This document shows positions 38,096-50,870 of a stretch of 64,000 bases of DNA, piece after piece (position 1 is the first letter of the stretch; the number at the start of each line of letters is the position of its first letter). The translations under genes were made by a program, and so were the position numbers. This DNA comes from Felis catus. Lineage: Eukaryota. Under the pieces are notes generated by a model, which worked only from the letters and a program-made list of their open reading frames with translations, did no database searches and had not been told where the DNA came from. The stretch covers positions 236,098,001-236,162,000 of the forward strand of contig NC_058368.1 of the NCBI RefSeq assembly GCF_018350175.1, written 5' to 3'.

Positions 38096-39899
38096 CAGTA
38101 GAGTGAGTTATGTAGAGACTTCACACAAGTTTCTCTCTCTCCTTAATGAGCACGTGGAGGGGAGTACAACCCCTTCCTCCTTTCCTTGTACATCTACTTT
38201 TCCCACTTCTGAGCCGGGGAGGTAGCATAAGAAGCTCATGGTCAGACTTTACAAGAATGTGATAAAAAGGTCATAGAGTCACTGAAATATAGCGAAACAC
38301 CCGTGCGTGCTGTTCTTAGCATTTCTGTATATGGCCACACAGAATCAGTGGCTGTTACAGAGATAGGCATTCACTCCGTGGTGACAAAATAAACTTTGCT
38401 GGACTTTGTTGGATGACAGAATTCTGATTTTCACGTAGCGAGCAAGTTCCCCGTAGGGCAGGCCAACTTGTGGTGTTTCCTGGACCATGCCGGACTGGCT
38501 TCGGTCAGCGTGCTCTTGGCCCTGCAAGCTCACGGAGCCAGTGCTGTGGGCTAGGGCCGAGGAGGTCTTCATGCACACTTGTGAAAGAGGGGAGGAGAGG
38601 AGATAAAGAACCCCCCCCTCCCCCAATGTCAATGCTGATAAAAGGATTGCACATTTTTCTCAATTTCCCTGCAATTTTTAAAAGCCCTAGTCTTTTCAGA
38701 TGTCATTTCAGCCACACAGAATGTTACACGGTGCAGTCGTTATTCAGTTTGGGCATTCTCTCAAAAGCCACTGAGAATATGTTTTCATAACTAATGTTAT
38801 GAAACTAATCTCTTGCGAAACGTGTAGCATAAAGAAGCACTGTAACTTTTGCTGGAAGACTGAGAACTTTCAGGCTGTAGACAGGCAATAGCTTCTTTCT
38901 GGACTGAGAGCTGTTTCGTGGTGCCTGTTTGCTGTCTCATTCTTGTTTTTCATGGAGTTTCACCTGTGAAGAGCTCTGTGCCTAACCTTCTAATCCTTAA
39001 TTTTGCATCCTTCTGCTTGACAGCCATCTCTGCGATGCACCCTCTACCTGAGACCTGGGCAGTCAGCTGAGCAGTCACACTGCCCTCTCGGGGTGGGCGA
39101 TGGGACAGTTGCCTCCCTCTGACACACAAGGACCTGGGGTCTGAAGTCCCGCCATGAGTCGATCCCGGGTTTGCCTTTGGCTCAGAGTCTGCCGGTGCCT
39201 GGCCCCTGACTTGTGCTCTGGGTGGATTGCTGCTCAATCTTCCAGTTGCTGGGAGAGATCTGGTTAAGTGTCGGGGGAGCCTGACTGGTAGTTGACAAGG
39301 AATCTCCGTGTCCCTGTAGGCTCCTTGTACACGGTATGAAGAATAGAATTACCACTGCACACACCTCTGCAAGACATCCCAAGCTTTCCTCTTTCCCACA
39401 GAGTGGCAGTCTCGTTGTATGACAAGCCCCAGAATGAGCCTGGGGATCTGCAGCCGGGCAGGAGTCCTAGAAATATTCTACTTCCACTTGGGGGCACCTC
39501 CGTCCCACTGCCCTGGGATTTCGCAGCCATATCTCTTGGGAAGCCCAAAGCTCTCGTACAGCAAATGGGAAAGTCAGTACTGCTCTTCCAAATAGCTCCT
39601 TTTTTCCCTTTGAAGTTGCCCCCACTCCGATGTCACCAAGCCTTGATCCATCTGTGACCATGTAAGACATAGTCATGTGACTGCGGTGTATCTCCCTGTC
39701 ATTGTTGCACCTGCTCTCCGTGCCGGGCTAGCTTGCCCTGTGCTCTTGCACGCTGAGACTCTTGGACTTCATCAAGTAGTTCCCTTCCTCTGCAGCTTCT
39801 CACGAGTCCGGGCCAGAAGAAAAACCAACAGGGACTCGGAGGGACATCAGATAGCAAGGTTGGAGTGCCTTTCCATGTGATGTTTCCATGGCTAGATCT

Positions 39900-40170
39900 G
39901 TCCCTGAAGTGCAGGCCACGGGTCCGGATAGCTGGCCCATTACACATCATCCGATACCTGGTTTCTAGTAACTGCCCTTCTGGTGGCTCTTCAGTTCTTA
40001 CAGATGGGAATTTAGCCCAGCTGTCACCAGCTTTAGGCTCTGTGTCATCTCTGCAATCCCTTGAAATCTCTCCATTTACTCCATTGCAAATACCCTTACT
40101 TAAAGTCCTCCCCAATTGTCTCGTTCTGAGTGTGCCTTCAGTTACCCGGGGGTGGGGGTACTGAGTAGTA
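39900..40170 (+). mobile_element. Possible old ERVL-type LTR 3' end (LTR33/LTR41-like)
   Basis: cccttacttaaagtcctccccaattgtctcgttctgagtgtgcc resembles the 3' ends of these LTRs. Confidence 0.4.
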
Positions 40171-40304
40171 CAGTGGCCCTGAGGTTAGCCCTCTAATCCT
40201 CAGAACCTTTGAGATTAGCGTTTTGTCTCAGGTAGATGCTAACCTCAACTTGACTTTGAGCAAATAACATAATCGTTTCAATTTAACCCGAAGTTCATTC
40301 ACCT

Positions 40305-40945
40305 ATTCATTCGTTTATTTGTTCTGTCAACAATGTTGACTGAGTTCCAGGCACTGTTCTCGAAATGAACCCAACAGACCCAAATTCTGCTTCCCTGGGG
40401 CTCATGTCCTTGTGGAATAAACACACGAAAAACAAATTAAAGCATATGTCTGTCAGATGGTGCGAAGTACTTTGGCAAATATGCAATAGTGTGAGGAAAA
40501 CAGGGAGTGAAAATTTGGGGTAGTTACCTTTCTGGATAGAAAGGTCAGGGAACACCTCTCTGGTGACACTGAGCTGAGACCTGAAGACAGTGATGATGAT
40601 CCTTGCTTTACCTGAAGAAAGGGACGTCCAGGTAGAGGATACAACAAGGACAGAGATGCAGAGATGGGGGTTGACTCGGTCATCTCTACACACAGGGGAG
40701 TCAGCGAGGGGAGACAGAGAGCAGTGGGGATGGTGGGCCAATGCCAGGTCATGTCAAGGGGGTCCACTGCAATGGCTTGGCTTTCCCTTGGAGTGATGTA
40801 GGCAGCTACTGTGGGCTTACACAGGGGAATGGAATCATGTAACTTACCTTTTGCAAAGATCACTCCAGCTGCCGTGTGAAAAATGGATTGTTGAGAAATG
40901 GAGAGGAGGATGGAAACGGAGAAATCTGTTGCAATAATATTGCCA
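40305..40945 (-). mobile_element. L2 (L2a-like) 3' portion
   Basis: attcattc terminus, ccaggcactgttct, ggtcagggaacacctctctggtgacactgagctgagacctgaag, ttttgcaaagatcactccagctgc. Confidence 0.85.
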
Positions 40946-40989
40946 GTGTGTGCCATTGCTGTTGCTGTATACATGCTCCTCAAACCTCT

Positions 40990-41395
40990 TTTTCTTTCTG
41001 CACAACCTCAGCTCATCTCCCAGCCTCTTTGCATCTTGAGGGTTGGGGTGCACGTGGCTCGTGCCCACACTAGTGTGAGGATAAACGTCATGTCAAGTCT
41101 GGTCCAAAGAGGGTAGGAGAGAAGTCCCTCTTTGTTTCTTCTATCTCTCATCTCTTGCCTACTGTTTCCATGTTTGTGCCTCGGGAAATATTGGGACACA
41201 CATCTCAAGTGTTGGAGGCTGTCCAGATCAGATCCTGACGCGACAGTGGAGAGGAACACGTTCTCCCCTCCCAACTCCACCCACATCAACCCTCATGAAC
41301 CTGTCGCATGAAAAGTAAGCCTCCCTTATGGGCGGCTAGTAATATGTGAGGTTTGCTCCTTACAGAATCTAGCATTACTGACCCTGACTAACACT
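40990..41395 (+). mobile_element. Old MaLR LTR (MLT1J-L-like)
   Basis: tctcccagcctctttgca...ggtttgctccttacag...ccctgactaacac terminus. Confidence 0.55.
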
Positions 41396-42451
41396 GACTT
41401 GAGCCCCTAGGAAGAGAATGCTAATGGAACACCTTCCTCATGGATTTGGCTTAGCAGCCGGGCACCGACACTGATGGAGCACCTATGTGAGGTTGAAAGG
41501 TCTGTGTCACACAGAGACAGATCAGGAGGTAAACGAGTCAGCAGCCCAGGGGGAGTGCTTGAAATCAAAGGGCCAGTGTGACCTTGATCGGCTTGCAAGA
41601 GTAAATGGAAGAAAGAGCAAACAAATGTGGGGCCTTAATGGGCCAGAAAAGTCAAGTCTTTCTATTTCTTAAACAGTTGGAAATTTAAAGTGGTGGCTTC
41701 CTGCTCAAACCATGTAGTTCTGCGGTGTGACCACCAGGTTGGGAAGGAGGCACAGGTGTGAGGAAGCACAGAACTGAAACTGATTCGGGGACTTTGTCTA
41801 GAAAGAACCTCGGGTGGAATTACAGGAAAACATGTCGGTGTCTAGAAGCTAACAATCAGCCGTATACTCTGTTTCATGGAGACATCCTCTGGGCGATTTC
41901 ATTCCAAACAACAAACATGGGGCCCCACTGCCCAGTGCTACAGCTCTATTGCTTTCCCTTTCCCCCCCTTACACCTGTCTGGTGCTCTTTTCTCTCACAA
42001 GAAAAACCACCAACCAACCTACCAACCAACCAACCAAACAAACAAAAACCAGGGGTGAGTCTTGATGACCACAATAGAAATGTTCAATTCTTTACCATTT
42101 CCTTTATTAACCTCCAAATAGAATTCTTCAGAATTAAGGTTTTAAAATTATGCCCTAAGAACTTCCAGATTTTCGCCAGAGACGGTTTGACACAATTCAT
42201 TAAAGATCTCGTTTTGCCATCATGGGGCTGTAAGTACAAAAGCAGCCTCTTTTCATGTCCCCTGTAACGTTTCACACGTAACCTCCTCAGCCCTAAAGTA
42301 CTTACTTAGGAAACGGGGGATGGTGAGACCTGTTCTGTCATCTTGTATCGGCCAGTAGGTGCGATGTATTTCATATATATTGCTGACATTGTACGTGGTC
42401 TCGGTCATTTGAATTTGTGATTGTTCACTGCTGGCATAAAGAAATGATATT

Positions 42452-42667
42452 GGGGCGCCTGGGTGGCGCAGTCGGTTAAGCGTCCGACTTCAGCCAGGTC
42501 ACGATCTCGCGGTCTGTGAGTTCGAGCCCCGCGTCGGGCTCTGGGCTGATGGCTCAGAGCCTGGAGCCTGTTTCCGATTCTGTGTCTCCCTCTCTCTCTG
42601 CCCCTCCCCCGTTCATGCTCTGTCTCTCTCTGTCCCCCCAAAAAATAAATAAACGTTGAAAAAAAAA
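42452..42667 (+). mobile_element. Young felid CanSINE (SINEC_Fc-type)
   Basis: TSD aaagaaatga(t/a)att. Confidence 0.96.
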
Positions 42668-44772
42668 AAAGAAATGAAATTGATTTTTGCACATTGACCA
42701 TGTATTCTCCATCTCTTCTAAACTCACTGATTAGTCTTAGTAGCTTTTTTTGGTAAATTTTCATTAGACCATTGACACAAGTATGCTGTCTACATGTAAA
42801 CACAATTTTACTTTATTCCAAACAATGTTTGTGCTTCTTTATTCTTGTTTTATTGTGCTGGCTGCAGCCTCCAATTTTATTTAGCATTGAATAAGAGTGA
42901 TGATGGCAGACCTACCATTATTTTGACTTTATTTTTTCTATGATTCCATATTTTCTCTTTTGTAGTTTAGTAACGATAACCCATTGGCTTTTTATTTTTA
43001 TTGTTGCATTGATTTAGGACCATTTAACTTCACTTGTTATAGTAGCACTTGACGAATAGAGTCAGAATCTTACACTAGTATGTTCGTTTTCCTCCTCCCC
43101 GACCTTCGTGTTGGTAGCATGATTTCCTCTATATATTATAGACGCCAGCTTGCATTATTAGCATTTTTGTTTACTCCTAGGGTGACTATTTCTACGGATC
43201 TTCATTCCCTTTTTTTTTGTTGTTGTTGATTCACAAATCCATCTGGTTTCATTTTCTTTTGCCTAAAAAGCATAGTTGACCACATGTTTTGCAGTGCAGG
43301 TAGGTAGGTGATGAATTCAGTAAGTGTGTGAATATTTGAAAACCTTTTTCAGGCCTATTCTCTTCTGGCCAAAGCTTCTAGGTTTGTGTATTTTTTGTTT
43401 CACTTTGTCTTTATTCTTTTTCTATCAGTAAAAGAAAAACATGGCCCTACTGTCTTCTCAGTTACACTGTTTCTGATGAGAAAGCTACTGTTATCCTTGT
43501 TTGTCTTTCTGTCTGTAGAGCCTGCCTTTTCCCTGGCTGGCCTTAAGATGTCCTGTTATCGATGGTTCTGAGCAATTTGACTACGATGAGCCTTAGTATA
43601 TATTTCTCCATATTTCTGGCGCAAGGGATTTGTTGACCTGTTGGACCCTTAGGTTTACCGTTTTCACTAAATGTTAAAACCTTCAGCCGTTATTGTTTCA
43701 CATAATTTTCCTTCACTCACATAAATCACAGGTACAAGGGGCTACTAAGTCCCCTGGTCCACTATTATTACTTATTGGAAATTCTTCTATTCCTCTCTTC
43801 GATTCGGATAGCTTTTGCCACGTCTTCAAGTTTACGCAACCTTTATTCCGCAATATCTACACCGTCGTTAATCTGATTCAGCGTACATTTTATCTCACGC
43901 ATTTTAGTTCCCATCCCCTAACGTCAGGATTGGTCTTTTGTTGGATCTCCCCTGTCGCTGCTTGATTTTTAAATGCGTGGGATGCAGTTATAATGTGTAA
44001 TGTTTTAGTGCCCTCATCCGAAAATTGTAAATCCTCTGCTGTGTCGGTTTTATGCGAGTTTTTAATTTACCGGGTTTTATCTTCATAATGGCTCATATCT
44101 TTCTGCTAGACTGACTGCGTGCCTCGTTTGATTGGATGCCAGGCATTGTGGGATGCTGGCTTCGTCTTGTATTTTTATAAATATTGTTGGGATTTGTTCT
44201 CAGGCACTTTACTTGGCAAGAGTTTGACCTTTTGGCATCTTTCTTTCAAGACTTGCTAGGTGGAACTGGTGCTCAGTCCGAGGCTAATTATTCCCCTCCT
44301 CGGAGGCGTAACCATCCTGTGTCTTCTGCTCAATGCCCCAGGAAACATGACAGCTTCCATTTGGTTCATGGCAATGGGCACTCCCTCTGGCCCCCTATGA
44401 ACAAGGACACTGATCTATAATCCTTTCTAGTGGCTCTTTCTCTGGATATGGGTAGTTCCCTCACAGATATGAGCAGATAAGTACTCAACAGAGTACTCAA
44501 GAGTAACCCTCTTCAGATCTCCGGTGTTCTCTTTTTGGGCACCCTTCTCCTGTATACTACTCTCAATCAGCAAAAATACAGGTTTGGTCTTATACTCTTG
44601 GCTTTGTCTCCACTCATGCGGAGTCTACTAGGATTTGCCTAGGTTGTTCCTCTCTGTGACTTGCCCAGAAAATTCTCTCAAAGCTTTCGTTCTTTTTGTT
44701 TTCCATCTCTCAGAAATTATTGTCCTTCATTGTCTGATGATTAGTGTCTTCAAGACTACTATTAAGTTTTGT

Positions 44773-44807
<35 letters not shown>

Positions 44808-45433
44808 AGGGAGGAAGATAAACACAGTCTCTATTCATCTTGGTCTGAAGCAGAAATCTTTTTTATTACCTTGCGTCTTTTGTAAACAGCTTTATTAAGG
44901 TGTATTTATACATTATAAAATTCACCCACTTAGAGTGTCCAGAGCAGAGATTTTTAATAACCATACTGGGTGGTGCTATCATCACCATAAATCGCTTTTG
45001 AATGTACTATTCCCCACAAGACTCCTTGTGCCTATTTACAGTGAATCCCTATTTCCCCTGCAGCCCCAGGAAACTGCTAATTTACTTTCTGTCCCTATAA
45101 ATTTACCTTTTCTGAAAATTTCATATGAGCGAATGATCCAATATGTCTCTGACTTTTTTCATTTAAAATAATGTTTTTGAGGCTCAGTCATGCCATGACA
45201 TGTGTTAGTAGTTTATTCCTTTGTAATGCTGAATAATATTCTATCGCTTGGGTACACCCTGAACATTTTTTGTCTGCCCAGTCACCAGTTAATGCGCATT
45301 AGACAATTTACAGCTTTTGGATATTATGAATAATTCTGCCACGCTGGTACATTCACACGCAAGTCTTTGTGTGGAAATATGTATTTATTTCTCTTGGGTA
45401 GATATCTAGGAATGGTGTTGCTGGGAAGCAGGG

Positions 45434-45629
45434 TAATAATATATATATATTAATAATATATATAATATTAATATATATAAATATATATTATATTATAAAT
45501 ATAATTATAATTATAACATAAAATTATATTTTATTATATATTATATATTAATATATAATATATAATAATATATATTAATAATTATTAATATATACTAATA
45601 ATATATATTATATATATAAGGTATATATC
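45434..45629. repeat. AT-rich (TA)n low-complexity island
   Basis: ~190 bp almost entirely A/T; perfect palindrome at 45569-45594. Confidence 0.95.
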
Positions 45630-45896
45630 TTTTTTGAGAAACTGCCGAACTGTTTTGGAAAGTGGCTGCACAATTTTACACTCCCACCAGTGATGTATAC
45701 GGGCTTCCGTGTCTCTGCGTCCTCCTCAATGTTTGTGATTATCTGTCTTATTTATCATAGCCATTTTAATAAAAGTGAAATGTTACTTGATCATGGTCTA
45801 AAGTCACATTCAAATACCCTCTTTGTTGATAAATTTGTTCATACCAATTGCTATTATCTGATTGAATTGTCTTATTATTATTAAATTTTAAGAATC

Positions 45897-46084
45897 TTTT
45901 TTAAAGTTTGTTGATTGATTGATTGATTGATTGATTGATTTAGAGTGTTCCGGGGAGGAACAGAGAGAGAGATGGAGAGAGAGGGAGACCCTAACAGGCT
46001 CCATGCCCGATGCAGGGCTTGAACTCAGGAACCGTGAGATCATGACCTGAGCCAAAACAAAGAGTTGGAAAACTGAGCCACCCA
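45897..46084 (-). mobile_element. Diverged, internally deleted CanSINE with (TTGA)n tail
   Basis: gagatcatgacctgagcc...actgagccaccca; (ttga)n at ~45908-45940. Confidence 0.85.
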
Positions 46085-46679
46085 TGAATTAAAAATTTTA
46101 TGTAAACCCTGGATACTAGCTATTTAATGAATAGGAGTTATGAGGATATTTACTCCAAGTCTGTTGCTTGCCTTTTCATTTTCTTAATGGAATCTTTCAA
46201 AGAGAAATGTGTTGAATTTTCATGCAGCCCTAATCTATTTTTCTTTCACGGACCATGCTTTCCTCACCATGTCTATGCAACATTTTTCTAGGCATAAACC
46301 TTGACTTTTCTTTTTTGTTTTCTTCTAAAAGTTTTGTTTGAGCCCTTGTATTTAAGTCTCCAATCTGTTTTGATTTAATCTGTTTGTGTCATGTGAAATG
46401 AAGACTTAAGTTCGTCTTTTTGCATGTAGATATCCAATTGCCCCGGCACCTCTTGCTAACAAGACTATTTGTCCTCGGCCACTTGCCTTGGCACTTTGTG
46501 TCTGTAATTGACTGTAAATTGACTGTATTGGCTGTAAATGACTGTCGATATAAGGATTTACTTCTGGATTCTCAATTCTATGTCCTTGATCTACATGCTT
46601 AGCGTTACACCAGTATCACGATGTCCTGATGACTGTAGCTTTCTAGTAAATTTTGAAATCAATTAAGATCATTTTGTCA

Positions 46680-46892
46680 GAGGCACCTGGGTGGCTCAGT
46701 CAGTTAAGCGTCTGCCTTCGGCTCAGGTCATGATCTCGCGGTCCGTGACTTCAAGCCCCATGTCAGGCTCTGTGCTGACAGCTCAGAGCCTGGAGCCTGC
46801 TTGGGAGTCTGTCTCCCTCTCTCTCTGCCTTTTCCCCACTTGCACTCTGTCTCTCTCTCTCCAAAACTAAACATGAAAATATTTTTTAAAAA
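46680..46892 (+). mobile_element. CanSINE
   Basis: SINEC head; diverged TSD aagatcattttgtcaga / aagataatttttttcaga. Confidence 0.92.
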
Positions 46893-47550
46893 AAGATAAT
46901 TTTTTTCAGATATTTTGGCTCTTCTAAATGAACTTGAATTTCCATACACATTTTCATACATGCTTGTCAATTTCTACAAAAAATCCTGCCAGGAATTGGA
47001 TAGAGATTATATTGGTTCTATTGATTCTAAAGAACAATATGAGGAGACTTGTCATCTAAATGAGATTGACTCTTCCAATCAATACACATAGCATCCCTTT
47101 CCATTTTATTTGAAACCGCTTTAATTTTCCTCAGCAAAATATCGTAATTTTCAGTGTACAAGATTTGCATCTTAAAAGAGTTTCTTAAGTGTTATACTAT
47201 TTTAATAATAGTGTAACTGGAAATGTATTCCTAAGTTTCTTTTTGGATTTTTTATTGCTTGTATATAAAAATACAATTTTCATATAGAGCTTATTTCCTG
47301 GAATCTTAACTATACTTGATTCTTAGTTCTAATAGTTTTTCTTTCGATGAGTTCTTAAGATCGTTTGCATTTGGGATTAGCTTGTCTACAAATTAAGACT
47401 GTTTTACTTCTTCTTTTCTAATTATGATATCTTTTATTATTTATTATTATTATTAATGCTTAATATTATTTTGCATTGTTAGTTATATTTTTCATTAAAT
47501 CTAACTTAATTTTATACAAATGTATTGGGAAAATGTCTGTTTCTCTCCTA

Positions 47551-47755
47551 TTTTTCTTTTTTTTTTTCCTTTATATATTTTGAGAGAGAGAGAGAAAGTG
47601 AGCAGGGGAGAGGCAGAGAGAGAGGGAGAGAGATTCCTAAGCAGGCTCTGTCAGCACAGAGCCCAACGTGGGGCTCAAACTCACGAACCATGAGATCACG
47701 ACCTGAGCCGAAATCAAGAGTTGGATGCTCAACCCGCTGAGCCACCCAGGCTCCC
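47551..47755 (-). mobile_element. CanSINE
   Basis: Flanking tctcctatttttct repeat. Confidence 0.92.
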
Positions 47756-50111
47756 ATGTCTCCTATTTTTCTAACATATTTCCAAATTCCAGTGATCTAA
47801 CCTATGATTATATGCATCAAAATACAGACATTAATGAAGAGTTCGAATTTACATGCATCTATCGGGACACGATGTGATCGGATACACCCTCAAGTGGGTA
47901 TGTTAACTATTTTCTTTGTGTCTAAATCTGAACTGAAAACACGCTTTATTCTTGATTGCCTCAAACAGTCCTCTTTCTCCATCCCTCTCTCCTTCCTTCT
48001 CTCCCTCCCTCGCTCTGCTTTCTCTCTTCTTGGTGAATAAGTGTGATGCGCCTTGATGGGAGCACCCACTTTCCCGCTGTGTGAGGTGTTGACTGATTTG
48101 CATTACTGGGGGCACAAAGACGTGATTAGCGTGTTGCTGTCTCACAGCGCTGAGCCTCAGCCAGAGATAACAGTGGAGCCTCTGTTGGTACTTTATTCAA
48201 TAGGGCCTGTTTATAACTTCAGCGGAGGCTGTGTTTTCATTTTAAAATGGCTGAAATCTAATTTATTTGGAAGAATTAGGATGCACTTTCCCCTTAGAAC
48301 TGTCAGGCCGCACATGGAATAAAATGGAGCTTGACAGGAGTTTCCAGGGTACCCCGATGAGGCACGAAAACCGCCCTCGAAATGCAGCGCGCTGGCATTC
48401 ACTTTCAAAGAGGGTTTCAGAACTTTATCAATTTGCTTCTAGTTAGGTAGTACATAGATGTCAGTTTGCTCCTTTGAACAGTCTTCAGGGCTAGAATGCT
48501 GCTTTATTATGAATAATATGAATATGAGAAAAATAAATCTCATCTCTAGAACACGACTTTGGAGCCCATCTCAAGAGGGAGGCGGTGAAACCAATTTTGA
48601 AAGGACTTCCAGAAACCTGAAAGGTCGGCCATTACAGCAACACGGGAACGTCAGAGAGTCATTAACTGAGGAGCAGTGTTGTCATTGCAAGTGCTTTTCA
48701 GTTTACTGCCGAGAAAGTAAATTCTTACCTAAGGTAATGCGTTATAAAAAGGAAAAACACTTTAAAAATGTGGAATCATCAGTACTTTCCGAAAGATTTC
48801 CCTGAAGGACAGGAAGAGGGGAAATGTGATAAGACGCAGTGGGGAAAACACTTCAGTGTCACTGAAAGGGAGGTTTGGGGCTTGGTTTCTTTGTTTTGTT
48901 TTGTTCTGTTTGGTTTTGCTTGATTTTGTTGGCTTGTTTCCAATTTAGGGGAGATAGACACGTAACAGACAATAGTATAGCTCTGTTGGTTACTACGCAC
49001 ATTGCATTATGCATTTCTGGCTCGCTCACAAATCTGGGGTAAGACTGAAATCGTAGAAATAGGGTCGAAATGAAAAAGAAAAAAATAACAATACTCTTCA
49101 AGGAAGCAAAGGAGAGCAGAGGTAGGAGAGAATAACACAGCCGTGACAAGACGAAAAATCTACGCGTGAGAAAGTTTTTGACAGCAACGTCCCTTACCTC
49201 TCCGGGACGCTATAGGTTTGCTTGCGTTTAATGCTCTGACTAAAGGCAGGTTTTCATTTGCAAACCCAACGTGCCGCAATCGAAGCGATCAGTCAGGTAT
49301 TATCGTTCAACGCAGGAGCCTTGGGGCTGAGCCTCGCGGGTCATAGAGGTGGATGCCCATGGCACTGAACATCCACCCATGTGGGCAGACATAAAGACAC
49401 CTGTGAACGGCTACTTTGACGCAGACATTGAAAGAGGAGGATTTTGTGGCACGCATTTTAAAAATAGTAGGTCCATCTCTCCTTTTTGCCTTGATTCAAG
49501 CCTAAGAGGTTCTCTCAAGGCCGATACACGTTCCGTGAAGAGTTCCTGAGCACACAGGCGTACGTGGCCGAGCACAGGCGTACGTGGGCGTATGTAGAGC
49601 AGAAAGAGTAGGACGTAGGCATGTTAGCCGTACCGAAGGGCTATACTTGGATATACCGGGAGAAGGGGGCCAATTGTCCAGGAACGAGGTCCCTCACAAG
49701 AGAGCTATCTCGTAGTGCAAAGAAGTCAAAATTGTTAAGCACGCTGAATGCAGGGGCACCGGATGCCATGCAGAAACTGGATTTGCCCCGTCGGAAGATG
49801 ATGTTGATGCTTCTACAAAATGGTGCCCTGACACACTAGATTTACGTAACGGGACAAGGGTAGAGCTCAGAAATGTGAGGTTGAAATAGTTGGTAATTTG
49901 CTACCTACCATAGGGCCTCTGTGTGCAGCGGGCCAGGGACCCGTGTTTTCCGGCTTTCTACTTCAACCGACAGGAACGACGTTCAGGAGCCTCCAGAATA
50001 ATAGCAGTGGTGTTCCAATGTGTCCTCAATAAACTCCCTTCCAGCGTTTGCAAAGGGACTGGCTCCTTATGTTTAATTTAATCAGCAATACGGAAGTGTA
50101 ATTTTGTTCCC

Positions 50112-50345
50112 TTTTTTTTTTTTTTTTTTTAAATTTTTTTTTCAACGTTTATTTATTTTTGGGACAGAGAGAGACAGAGCATGAACGGGGGAGGGGCAGA
50201 GAGAGAGGGAGACACAGAATCGGAAACAGGCTCCAGGCTCCGAGCCATCAGCCCAGAGCCCGACGCGGGGCTCGAACTCACAGACCACGAGATCGTGACC
50301 TGGCTGAAGTCGGACGCTTAACCGACTGCGCCACCCAGGCGCCCC
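50112..50345 (-). mobile_element. Young felid CanSINE (SINEC_Fc-type)
   Basis: TSD tgttcccttttt; long T tail. Confidence 0.96.
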
Positions 50346-50379
50346 TGTTCCCTTTTTTAATGTTCAATGACTTTTGCAA

Positions 50380-50870
50380 ATCGTGTCCATTCATGTAAGG
50401 TCTGCCACACACAATTAGTAGAATTCTACTCCCCATCCCCGCACCCAAGTTCTCCTTTTCCTGTTTGGAATCAATCCCAGCACCCACTCCTGGGCCTCGT
50501 CCCCCCGCGACAAGGTTTCTGTCATCGAAGATTCATTTCCCCTGCTTTACAATTTAATGCAAATGGAAACAAACAGTGTGTGTTGTTTCTTGAATCTTTT
50601 GCTCAAGAAACACTTTTGAAAATCATCCATGCTGTTTCATTTACCAGTAGTACTTTTTGTTTTTATTGCTGAGGGGTGTCCTCTCATAGAAGTACACCGA
50701 AGTTGGCTTATCGATTTACCTCCGGTTGTTTACGTCTGAGGGCTATCACACATACCTTATTGATAGTATTTCCCTGGTGGTTAATAACACAGAGCATCTT
50801 TTCAGGGGGATGTTTATCATGTGTGTGTCTTCACTGGGCAGATATCTGTCTAAATATCCGGACAATACTC
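50380..50870 (-). mobile_element. Old L1 (L1ME-like) 3'UTR fragment
   Basis: aaatggaaacaaacagtgtgtg...ttttgaaaatcatccatgctgtt...gtagtactttttgtttttattgctgag. Confidence 0.6.

Larger units (their letters stand above)
42360..47810 (-). mobile_element. Patchwork of old antisense L1 fragments (5'UTR, ORF2 and 3'UTR pieces)
   Basis: Typical antisense L1 strings, e.g. atttctcttgggtagatatctaggaatgg, ttacactcccaccagtga, ttgcatgtagatatccaattg, gcttgtcaatttctacaaa. Confidence 0.75.
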
